A stretch of DNA of 63,865 bases, counting the filler, from Choristocarpus tenellus KU-1152 (Eukaryota; Protista; Phaeophyceae): assembly GCA_964200185.2 (NCBI GenBank). It is 4 parts of 4 records of this genome, joined end to end, with 100 filler letters (N's around TTAATTAATTAA, not from the genome) between each part and the next. Parts side by side here need not be neighbours in the genome. Positions count along the whole stretch, not along the records: positions 1 to 31,119 come from CAXNAD020000086.1; 3 more parts are not named here. One strand, given 5' to 3'. Shown in pieces: positions 1 through 12,200 of this stretch. The notes beneath the pieces are model-generated. The model was not told where the DNA came from. It saw only the letters and a list, made by a program, of their open reading frames with translations, and did no database searches. Each line of letters starts with the position of its first letter. Within the stretch, counting starts at the first letter, position 1. The translations under genes and the position numbers were made by a program.

Positions 1-45
1 CATCCTCCATGGTATGCTCCATCCTCAATTTTGCCGAGAGGCTGT
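1..45 (-). repeat. Terminal repeat of a putative DNA transposon (CAGC...AAAATTGAGGATGGAGC)
   Basis: The same motif occurs at 58381-58437 in the same orientation and, inverted, at 18686-18745. Confidence 0.55.
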
Positions 46-3000
46 TATCTGATGATACACTTGAGCAATAAATGTCTCACGTCATACCTTTCTGATAATC
101 CACTGCTTTCCTACCCAATAATGAGTAACTCTACCACAAGTTTCCACTCAATTAGGCCACACAATAAAAAACATGAGCAATAAATATCTGCAGCACAGCT
201 TTGCATTTTTTTCTTTGTGATCCAACTCAGAAGTTGACAACCAAACAAGTTGCCACTCAAACCGGCCAATTGATGATGCACTTGAACAACCAATGCATCA
301 ATCACATCTTCTTACCGATTTTTTGGGCTCCAAACCTGCAGTGGAAACACCTACAACGGTTTTGCCACTCAAAATGCTCACATTGCAATCCGCTGCCTCA
401 AACTCAATATGTTAATCCAATAACCCCAGCAGTGAAGCATTCTTTCAAACATATTTTACCAGCGGGTGACGACTTTTTTACGTCTCGAATGTGTCATACA
501 AAGTCAGCTAGTTGTTGGCATACATCTGCAATCCAATATTGCTCTAAACACCCTTGTACTTTGTGGGTTAGATTTGTGGAGGAGGTCTAACGGGCACCCC
601 TAGTGGCACATCTCAGGTTGAGAGTTTCACAAAGGGTCTTTCTTGTTTACTGAGTCCGAGAGATATGTTCGGTGACATATCTCTCATAATGAGTTCTACC
701 GAGGGTATTCCCTGGTTTCCGAGTCTGAGGGCATATCTAGGGACGATCTTCTTAGTGGAGAACATTGCTGATAGTCCTCTGATTCACTGATGAATCACCA
801 TGGATATTCAGTTCCAGTTCTGAGAAGAATTTCATAGGGTTGTTATCTCTGTCTCAGATCTTCTTGAGTGATGATGGTTTCATGAAAACCCTTTAGAGTG
901 ATTCTTGTTGATTGGAGGTCATTGTTAATGACTCTCATTGGTTGGGTCATGTTGTGAACGGCTCCAATTCAATTCGCAGACTTAACCTGGAGTTGCTCAG
1001 GGTCTTCCGCGTTGAGGTTTGTTTGTGCGCACCTTGCTTGTACAGTTATATGCACTGTCTTGAGGATACCTCGATCATCCATCTTACCAGATCTCACTCT
1101 TTCCCTTACCTTCTTCCTATTCCTGTTCACCTCATTGCTGTGTCATCAACACAACACAGTGGCTGTCATCGCCACCCCCAATCAGAGATGTAAGCCATTG
1201 ACACAATTAAAATTCATTTATTATTCTGGAGTGTCTACAGGATGCTCATAAAATGATGTCCCTCAAAAAACTGCATAGCACAGCCTGTCCTGGTGATGTC
1301 ATCTCAGCATCCCACTGTCCCACTATGCATGACAACATGAGACTAGGAGTTAAGTCATGCTCAGCTTATCTTAAGTATTGCATTGGTGGAGGTGGGCAAC
1401 GTACTGGGTCACTGAGGGAACTTGATGCATGAAGAGCTCTAATCTTTTCTGTGAATGTGGATGAGAAGTGTTTTTCATCTGCAAGGATGGCCAAAAGTAC
1501 TGTCTATGATGATAACAAGCATCCTGCCCGCAAGGTGCAGCGCAACGGTCACATCATAGGAAACCCCAATCTGCCCCATATTCTCGAAAATCCAAACAGT
1601 CACTATATTCCCGAACAGAGGAGGTAGTACTTGCTAGCACACTTTGCGGCGAGTAAAGGGGCAGAGGACTGGAGTCCAGAGGACTCACCAAGGATCGTTG
1701 AGTTACAAACTATGCTTTGTCTGTCATGACCAACCTGAGACTTGACCTGGCTAAAACTGACAAACCGGTCCAGTTCTCGGTCTTGGCACCTTTAAAGCCA
1801 TGATTGGTCCTGCCTCAACCCTTTCAAATTCTTACCAAAGGCAAAAGAGTGAATGAGCTTCAGGTACATGCTACACTCCATTTCCCGAGTCATTGAAACA
1901 AAATCCTCGTGCATTTAAAGCAAGCTGCTAATTTCATGATCTATCAGGAGTTGGGTGTATGCAGAAAAGAGTTTCATAAAAGCAATAATTATGGTGACCA
2001 TATATTTATGTATATACAATGGGGGAACTTGAAGTTATTGTGTCCCCTCCGTTGATTTAAATATTGATACTATTAATGTTGAAAACATTTAATTCGCTGA
2101 CAACAATTACCATGTACTTGATATTTAGATAAACATTTGATGTTAATTACCTCTATCCAGATGTGTGGTGGACAAAAAATATATTTGAGAAATACTTCAA
2201 ATTATGCACATTGAAGGGCTGCTCTGTTGTTCTGGGGTGTCTGGATTGAGGATAGGAAGTACTTCGTACCGTGTTGTACTTTGCACCCCATTATTAAGGT
2301 AAAGTGTGAGCAAGATTTTGATGACTGTAATTACTGGATGATCAAGGGCCCAGTTTTCTACCTTGAAGGAGCTCCACAGTTATTACTCTCCTTTCACCAA
2401 GCATCATATTCTCTCTTTTGGAAATCTCAGACATCTTCTGATTAATGGGCAAGTAAGGTCTCTGATCGGAAATTTCAAATTTAGGTATTTTTTTTACCCT
2501 CCTTTGCTCCCCTCTGCTCTAGTCCATCCGCCCAAATAGAATCAATACGATCCATTAGGAAACGTTCTATCCTGAAAAAAATCTAAATGTTTCTTATTTT
2601 TCCGGACAGAGTAAAATATTTCTAATTTTGGTTCCATAGTATTTTTGGTATCAGATATATTTGATCAGTCATCAAAAGTATTGTTTAGGGCATTATTTAT
2701 CCGTGGGTGACATTTACGAATCTACCAAGCTTATCATTATATTCTTGTATCATTAATGCACCCAACTTTATGCTACAATTTGATTATTCGATTAACTTAA
2801 TGAATATCACCTTCACCCTATCACTCACTTATTGTATGGGTTTAGGTCTGTTGCAACTTTTTGAGACTAAGTAAAAACACGAATGTTCTATTACTCGGAT
2901 TAGTCTAGTAAAAGCTTTGTAACATTTCCAGTCGGTGATAGCATTAGCATTAGCATTACTTTGAAGTACTAGACTAGATGTTAAATACCTGGTATTCCTT

Positions 3001-5424
3001 AGTTTTGTTTTCTGATCCTGTCTGTGTACACTCACTCCTACCTGATGATGTTGCTAGGATTAGCCATGTTTGGCATATTGTATCCGCTAATATTTACCCT
3101 GTATGTTTTTAAAATACGTATCATATCTATGTAATGAAGTGGGCATACATCATGCAGCTGTTGAAGAATGGCTAACAGCTGTAGTAGCAAAAGTAATATA
3201 TTTGGACCGGCATCACCTCAAATGTTGGACAAGCCATTTTTAGGCACTGTGGATAGCAAAGCAGCCAATGAAGCTCTCAACTCACCACAAAAACATTTCT
3301 AGTCATAATGGTAAACACAGCGGAAAAATACTGTACCATGTGTGAACATCATGTATACATGAATATTACAAGTATGGAACTGAAAGAATATTTTTTTACA
3401 TTTAATGCAATAGAAAATAAAAACATATTTTGAATTGATAACAAAATACCAAATCCTACTTCAACAACATAACATCCCTATCCCGAAAACCCAAGTGGTT
3501 TTATTGACAAGCATATTAATATGCTACCAATAAGATAACAAAAATCCGGTTGCTACTAAACTAGATGTTACAATTGATGCTTGCATAAATATCTTCACTG
3601 GGGATATCAAACGCCCGGTGGAGGACACAAAGCTCAAAGATAGGTATACATGTCCCAAAAATATCACAAAAGCATATTAACTCAGTCATGTGCTCGATGC
3701 CTGGATGTTGAATTTGGAAATGTACCTCCTTATTACTATATGATGTTCCATGGTATCTTGTTTTGGGCATGTGTAAACGTCTGATTCGTCTAGATCATGT
3801 CGTTAATTATTACGCAGGATAAAGCCCGAAGTGGCCATCTGTTAAAGTCGAAATCCAGCTAAAAGAGTTTCTTGTGATAGGTATATACATCCATTGTTTT
3901 CTTCCCTTCTAACACCAACCTGGTATAATAGGAAAATAGTCAAGGGGTAAATTAGGAGGGCAGGAGTCATTTAGTTGTAGTGTAACTTGTAACACAGTAG
4001 TAGCTAAGGGATCTGTGTGAGGTGATAGTATGAGTTGATGTATGTTTTGACTTTTGGTAGCATTCAGAAACAAATAAACATGGGAAGGCAATAAATTTCA
4101 AAACTAAAGACTGAAGTAGGGTTGGGGGATGAAAATTGAAGTTGGGAGTAGATAGTGTGATTAGGTGAGGGCGATATATTATCAAGTTTGAAGGTGTGGT
4201 AGTTTCTATTGTACTAATGTATGTAGGAGTGACAAATGCTTAGTAGTGAGTGATTGGGTTGTAGTTACAAGGAGGCATGCGTGAGGTGTTACTGTTGTGT
4301 GTGCTGATGTATGCGGTTACTCAGTTGAGTTCAGAATTGGGTGAACCTGGCAAGGTTGTATGATTCAAACACAGTCAAGAAAAAAGGTGATGGACAGAGT
4401 GCTCAATGGCAAGTGAATTCAGAAGATGACTTTCAAACCATACAGTAAGGTTCAACCACGTCCATAGTATGAAACCACCCTACAAGACTTTCTCTTCTTC
4501 CGCCTTTTGGAGCCACCGGGGAAGTAATTCCGTTTAAAATGAAAAAAACCCCACAATGGTTGGCCCAATCCAATTGAGAATGTAATCTCTAAGGGTACAC
4601 AAAATCAAATTAGTGGTGCAGTTTTTTCAGTTCACAGTACTAGTTGTATCTTTTTTTTCATCTCAGGATTTCTTCTATTCTATCCCCTCTCATGACAAGT
4701 TGATTACTCTCACTTTTAACCTTGAACCTCTGGTAGTTCTCATCATCCCCATCACACAGAACTCAGCAACTCCCACACACACGTGCAACTCACATTGGGA
4801 TTATTACTTCTATAATAGATGCCATTTGAGTCAGAGATTGCCTTGCAGTCAGATTGAAATGCACGTAAAATATTGTAACAATGTAACCAAAATAAAAATA
4901 TTTTTGCATGCAGTTGTGGATGACCACAAACGAGATTGGATTATTGGATTGGGTGGGTTTTAGGGATGCTCAAAGTGACTGTGTGCAAGAAAAGGTGCTT
5001 GGAGATTTTCGTGCGTGAGGAAAGCTCCTTAATAGTAGGTTGTGTAGGTGACCCAAGTCCAATAAGAATCTGTACATTACCCATTACACATTTTCCTTAG
5101 TGGTTCTTTTACACAAAACCTTTGCTGTACTGCATGAGTTTTGATGAAATTAAGAACCAGCATCAGCACTCTTTATGTGGATGATTTACTGAAGGTTTTG
5201 GTTGTATTCCGACATAACATTTTTCTATTGATTTTATTTCCGGGCTTCATGGTTGGCTGATCACAAATATGTTCATTATTGTCTTGGACCTCCAATCTTT
5301 CATCTACTTGCAGCTCTATCTTAGAGCAAGTCCTAACCATTTTGCTTACACTACCTGTATGAACCATGTAAATATTTTTAGGTGTTCGGTTTTTACTCCT
5401 TCAAGGTGGGAGGAAGATGAGGGG

Positions 5425-5946
5425 TGTTGAGGCGAGCAACATACCTGCAAGGTCTACCTCTATCCAAGAGGTGAGGGATTGATCCTATCAGAGGTCAACA
5501 AATTGCCCCTATTGAGGAGGGAAGGGTTTGCCCTCTTGGTATGGGAATGCCCCCTGACCACGGGGGAAGGTTTGACCCTATGCAATATATAGGCTGGTAG
5601 TCTATAGGTTATCTGTTTGGTAACCAGTATTATGTACTGAGTGGCTTAATTGTCAATGACTTGTTTCGTATGCTTAGAGTAATAGGTTCGAAATTGACGT
5701 AGCTATTGCTGCTTAATATGTAAGTGGTTGATGTAGCTACGAGTGATGTAGTGTGACTGACACAGATATGTTCTGACGTGTCTGCTGACGTGCGCAATAG
5801 GTAATGAGGCAGAGCACCCCCCACCAATAGTGTCTGCTGACGTGAGCAATAGATAATGAGGCAGAGCATCCCCCACCTCGACGGATGTTGCTCACTCCGC
5901 TAATAAATACATACATACCACATAAAGCAAAAACTCTATTCAAACA
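5425..5946 (+). mobile_element. LTR of an LTR retrotransposon (3' LTR preceded by a polypurine tract)
   Basis: Purine tract GGGAGGAAGATGAGGGG at 5408-5424 is followed directly by TGTTGA, and the unit ends TCAAACA at 5946 (TG...CA with a short inverted repeat). TATATA at about 5586, AATAAA at about 5902, and an internal 47-bp direct repeat (5779-5825 / 5831-5877). Confidence 0.75.
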
Positions 5947-8900
5947 GCTCTCTTTGCACAGGCCCTATCACAAATACAAGAAAAACTCCAAAAGAGATGA
6001 ATGGGAGGGGATCCATTGATTCCACTCCAGAGTACGTATTATTTGTTTCCTGATTGATCCCTGCGGAAATAATCAATTTCACATAAGTTGTAAAGAAGTT
6101 GTGTTAGGAGGGGGTTGACAAGCTCAATTCAAATCCATACCCAAGAGTTGATAAAAAATTTCCTCACAAACACAGAGAAGTCTGCGGCATCGAAACCCCA
6201 GAAGATGAAAAAGGACTTTTCATTACACGATGGTAGTGTTTTTGTTTGATTTCTGGTGAACGACATCATGAACATTGAGACTGATGTCAGAACAAACAAG
6301 AGATGAAAGGGAACAAATTTAGTACCTACACACTGTGTTCAAGAAAACATCACAAAAATATACCCACTCGCTGGGCCTGGAGGGTTTGTACATTTTCCCA
6401 TCAACGTAACTTGAACAGTATTTGGTTGTCAACTGGAATGACAAATAAACTTGGCTAGAAATGACTGATATACTCCACCAACGAAGGGATACAACAAGTA
6501 TCTCCAACATATGTTGCATCAGTGGATGGTAATGGCTTTTGGACGCTGAAGTAGTACTAAAATACTCCAGTTTTCTATTTAAATTGACCTCGACACACAT
6601 AGCATGTTCTCTAATCCTTGGGGGTGATACGGTTGTGTACTCTTACAACTAAAGTAGTAGTGGGTACCTTCCCTTGACATTACTGCTGAGAAATAAACCA
6701 TAGGGTAAAGCAAAACTGTCACATATAATATCAACAGAAGTACTAGATTACGACTAATGAATTATTTGTGCTTCCTTGTACAACAGATTCATATTGTCAA
6801 GCGTGATGACTTCAAGTGAGGATGAAACCCAAGAAATACTTAGGGTAAACACCTGTGACACCATAGTATTAATGATTGGGCCAGACTTGATGATGGTACT
6901 TCAAAATCTAGGTTTTGATAGATTTTGAAGTGTATAATGAATTACTGAAGGGTACTTCTTTGTAATTTCTAAATCAACGGATTTGTCTGCGTGAATCTTT
7001 TGTTCCATAAAATACATACAGTTTAGCTTCATGCATTCCATCCATTACACCCCAGCACTCCACAACTTGAGCATTTCTTGAAACTGCAAGAGTTCACCAA
7101 AACCTAGGGGGCAGTTAACACCTTACAAACTTAGGGACTTGAACTTGACATCTAGACAATGTGGGAAAGTGGTTGGAGTTATCCTTCAAGCACACCGGAA
7201 CGTAGTGTTCAAGATGCTTGCCTGGTCTGAATTAATTGAAGTCCTACTAACAGTTGGCATAGCAACTATTTACATCCTGGCAATGTTCCTCTGTTATTTA
7301 GCTTACAGTATGCAGCATCAACATCACCTTGGAGCACTTTACTCCACAACAGACCTTTCCATCTGCTTGAGGGGGGTCGAAGAATTGAGCAAGGGATATC
7401 CACCTGAGTATTTCATTATCAATTCAGCTTTAATATCACCTCACTTGTGTATTTCATGCTTTGGAGGATATCTCTGGTTGTCAATATGGATCAGAAAAAT
7501 GATACACAACTTACACCGCAAAGAATAAGCACAATTAAGCACACTTGTAAATGTCACCCGCAGCCAAAAAGTCACGTCACTTCACAGGTGCCTGACTTGG
7601 ACACTATTATGATGGTCTTGGAAACAATTATTATATTCATCAGTGCTTCATTCATGCATATGAAGAAGGGAAAATGTTGTGCTAACTCCAATGGTGAGTT
7701 ATATCTTCAATCCAAATCAGAGTCAGGTTATGAAAGGGGTGTCACGTTTTCTGTCAAAATTAGTGAAATGTGTTGGGAACTGTACCTTAATAATATGATA
7801 GTGATGATTGCTTCTGGCGGAGTTTGCTCTAAGGGTTGGGAAGGTTCATATTTCCCAAAGATCTTCTGTGGTATTAGAGAGGAATATCTCATGGTACAAA
7901 TTACAGCTTCAAACTCCAAAGAAACTGTGAAACTCCAGGAATTATCCAACTAAGCAGAGCAAGACTAACACTGACTCTACTGCTGCCATATCACCGATAT
8001 ACAAGTGGATCAATTCACGTCAGTACTTCAGTGGCAAGGGTTATAGGGAAGAACAATAATGCAACAACTTGGGCTAGTCCCGTTTTGGCAATGGGCCCCC
8101 AGCCTGAAGTGTTTTGAGTGACAGAGGAAAGTTGTGTTCACATGACATCTATAGGAAAAGGTGGGGATACAATTAACCTGGCATTCAAGGATATAAAATA
8201 TTACGGTTTTGTCCAGGGCAACAAAAAGCAGGTCGGAAGTCTTTGTGCTTGTTGCATTATACACCTACTCCGAGCATATGTTAAGTAGTCTTCATTGTTC
8301 TTTCAATTACTCCCATTGAAACAATATGTGTAGACTGCCAATGTGGTGGGCGGAACTTATGCCTATAAACTCCAACGACCCTAAACCAGGCAATCACAGT
8401 ACAGCTATCAAAGGGGGCACTCCCTGAGGCATACTTGGATTAACCTGCAGTCACTCATAGGGCAGAACTGACATTTCTTTGTCAGCTTAGTCAAATACAT
8501 GGCAACTTGATTCTCGAATCAACGTCATCTGGTTGGCTAAATGACCAGGGGAAAAATATGACTCTAGTTTCAGAGAGGATGTGAGGCTCTACTTACGGCC
8601 ACTATCCATTTTAATTACACAAAATACAGACAACTGAGAGAGGATGAAGACTTATGGGAATGGGCTGTGTCCTACTCCAATGAAGAAAACACGTCCTTGA
8701 AATTTTATCCTACCCAGACCTCTTGTTCAATATAGGCAGAGGGGTGGGTGCATTCCTGACGTATCAACCCAGCTTCACTTTGAGAGTAGCAACACCTACC
8801 TTACTACCATCAACAGCTTGACACTATTAAAACAGTCTATATTTGGAAAGAAAATGAAAAATTTCACAGATGGAATTTACTTGAGATAATACTACAAGGT

Positions 8901-9241
8901 CTCATGAAATACACACGGTGGAGTCTGGACCATCTCAACATGCGCCAATTCATATCAACTGCTGTTGCAAACAAAACTTTTGTCCTCATGTCCATGAATA
9001 TGTCTTGCACCTCCAGGTGCAAAACCAATCTATTATTCCGCTATCACATCAATGATAAGGAAGACCAATGATGTGAAATCCAGACCAGGTATCAAGTATC
9101 AGCCAACTCGACAATTTGCATGGAAGGAGATAAAGAGGAACACCGAACAAAAAGCCCAGCAAAGGCATCCATTTGCTGTCCCTTGACAACCAGATCAGTT
9201 TAGGTCAGATCCTGCCAGAGATATCTGCACCCTCAAATACG

Positions 9242-12200
9242 TCACCAACGATCGCTGACCCTTGTCTCGGCTTCTGCTGCCCTGTTGGCTGCTGCTCTGG
9301 CTAAGGCCTGAGCTTCCCCCTGACATGAAAGTAAGTCCAGAAGGCATTATGTGGGAGGTTTACACCTCTATGAAAGGATGAAAGGGAGTCCTCTTGCAAT
9401 TGTCCCTTAGTGAAAGTGTTTATTGGGAAACCTTGAGAGGCTAAGGAATCAACCTCAATCCAATTTTGCGCACAAAAACTGGCACATTGTTTCTTGTACA
9501 ACATCAGCATTCACATATAATCAAAGCATCATAACTAAACTGCACGACCAGAGCACCTTTTCCTGAAATGTCATAATGAGATAAGTGACAACTGTGACAC
9601 TCATCGTAGCAGGTATACACATTTTGCAATAGCATGCCTGCCGGTGAAGTAGGGTTGCCTTTAATGCGCAACAATAGCCAAATATTTCAACATGATCACC
9701 AGTAGGCCTAAATTCGACCTGTTCTCTTCAAACTAATCTAAAATCAAGGATACAGAGTATTGTTTTTTTAATATCGATAAGTCCACACCACAAGCACAGG
9801 AGAGTATCCACTAAGGTACACAACAAACGCTGTGTATTGTAGCCTCAAAAGTTACCTCATGGGTACAATCTTGAGTCTACAATACTTGAAACTTCTTTGG
9901 AGTGCACGAGCAGATGAATGTTGCATGTGCACGGATGCCATTTTAAAAAGGTTGAAATCGAATGCTTCTGAGGTAACTTTTGAGATTCAGTGAATAGAGT
10001 GCTTGATGACCTGCACTTCAATTGAATTGGGCACCAAAATTTTACATTTCCTAAGTAGTTTATTAACGATAACATCTGCAAACCCTTCCAAACACGCAAT
10101 ATCCATAGCATTTTGGAACATTAGTGTGCTCCAAATCATGGTAAGTTTGCATGATAATACTCCATTGGTTGGATACTCTAACCAATTTATCTCTTTATAG
10201 ATCTATCCTGGCGCATAGGACATGACAAAATTGGCCCACAGGTTGGGGGCCTAATCATGGTTCACACCACAAACACTTGAGTTAAGCTCCTCCCTGCCTG
10301 CAACGGTCTACTTTAAAGGAAGTACCATCACAAAGAATTAATATTTTTTATCTCCAAAATCGTGAAGTTGATGTTCCTTGTGATCTGAATTTGATCTTTG
10401 AAACAATTGAACAATAGATGCATTTTGCATACACATATTCTTTGTGATTCACTTAAATCCACCACTTCAAATTGGCACAGTTTTACATCCTTCCATTAAA
10501 TAGTAGGCGCTGGTGAATACAACGCTACAGTTTGAGAGCAGTCATTTGTGAATGGAAAAACGTCCCTTTGTGGTATGGAACAAATACATGAGAATGGAAT
10601 TAAATAATGCCTCTGTGCATCAAATCAGCTCGCAGGACAGCAGCTTCTACCCTCCCAGCAATTGGTGATAATGGGGTTGGTACTGATGCACAAATTGTAC
10701 AACTTGGGGTCAATAAAAAAATAGAAGGCTCTCTCAATGAATGCTTATCAAGTCCCAAGTACACTGCGTTGATAAATATCTACACCTACTGAATTGTAGA
10801 GAGAAAAATCAGAAAAATGGGTGGCATGTGAAGGGAATAAATGGACATATGAAGCAACAATAGAGAGCTTGTGTGAGCAGAGTGCTCACACAGTCCACAT
10901 CAGCAGTGAGACCAGCAAGACCTTGGTGCAAATGTGCATTCTCAAGAATGTGTCAATCCAAGGTTGCAATTTAATTTTTCCCGCAAGAAGTCCTTAGTAC
11001 ATTCAAGACACGGCTCTTTCCTCTTTCCTCTTTCCTCTTGAATACTACTTACCTCTTTCCTCTTAGCTCGTTCTGCTTCCTTCTTCTTCTTCACTTCAAA
11101 CTCATGGCATGAAGAGACGCCAAATTTAGGGAGTCTAGAGGATAAGGTAGAGGAAAACCAGGGGTGCAGTCAATAGAATACTAACAACATAAAGTTTGGC
11201 ACATGTACATCACATGTTTATGTACAAACAACAAAGTCAGAATTCTTCGACCAATTTGTGATGACTTGGGTTTGTAATCTAAATCCATCTGACATATTTC
11301 TTGGCATCCACACAAACTCATTTACTTTATCTCACAAGAAAAAAAACGCCTGGACTCCACACATTTCTAGTATTGCACCTTGCATCAAGCACAAGTGATA
11401 TGTGGCATTGTAAATTGTGCCAACAGAAAAATTTCTGCCAAAAGATAAAATACCTCGCCAAGCAGCCTTGTGTACATTTATTTTTAACACAATACTAATC
11501 AAACCATGACAACTTTACACCACTTCCACAAAAGCCACATTTTCGTCAAGGTAAAAACCCATGATTGTAGTAGTTTAACAATATATACTCACGCAAAGAG
11601 GCAACTCTTTAAATTCAATACAAACTACAGGACAGGTCAGTCAATATATGTTAAATGTCAATATATGATAAATGCACCAGACACATAAAAATGCATGTGC
11701 ATGTTCCTTTAATAGCCCAAAATGAACTTACAATTCTGGGGCAACAGCCAGAGGAGGTCTCCAAAAGTATTGATGGTCAAGTGCCTTCGCAGCCGATAAC
11801 CTTTTGGTAGGATCTAGGGTAAGTAATTTGTCAACCAGGTCCACTCCGTAAGGATCAAACCTGAGCAACACACAGCAATGCATGAAGAGTCAATCTAAAA
11901 ATTAAATGGACAAAAAGAGAATGTACAAGTGACAGAAAGCGCAACTGTTTCAACTGTTTCATCACCAAAATGGCTTTGTATCATTGGTGTGTTGTGACAG
12001 ACATAACAAACTGTGCAAAGAAGGGCTGGTTGTATCAACAGAGAGTTTGTATGTGAGATCTTGAAGGGATGACATAACAAACGATGCAATGAAGCAACAG
12101 AAGAAAACTGCTGTCCCATTATTCTGTATGTACATTTTTCAAAGAACTTGAACAAACATAGAAGATACCATCAAAATACTGTTGGTGGTAGGGCATGTCA

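Noticed and set aside
111-1251. Six-frame ORFs as genes
   Set aside because: No recognisable motifs, scattered stops and no splice structure. Most listed ORFs of 60-150 aa in the window are chance or antisense frames.
5168-5194. TLYVDDLL, a Copia RT-like motif upstream of the PPT and LTR
   Set aside because: Only 8 residues, with no flanking RT or RNase H similarity visible. Suggestive, but not enough to classify the LTR.
10604-10685. Additional CDKC exon
   Set aside because: The only clear acceptor gives an early stop in the required phase. Exon 9319-9242 fits better, although an alternative last exon is not excluded.
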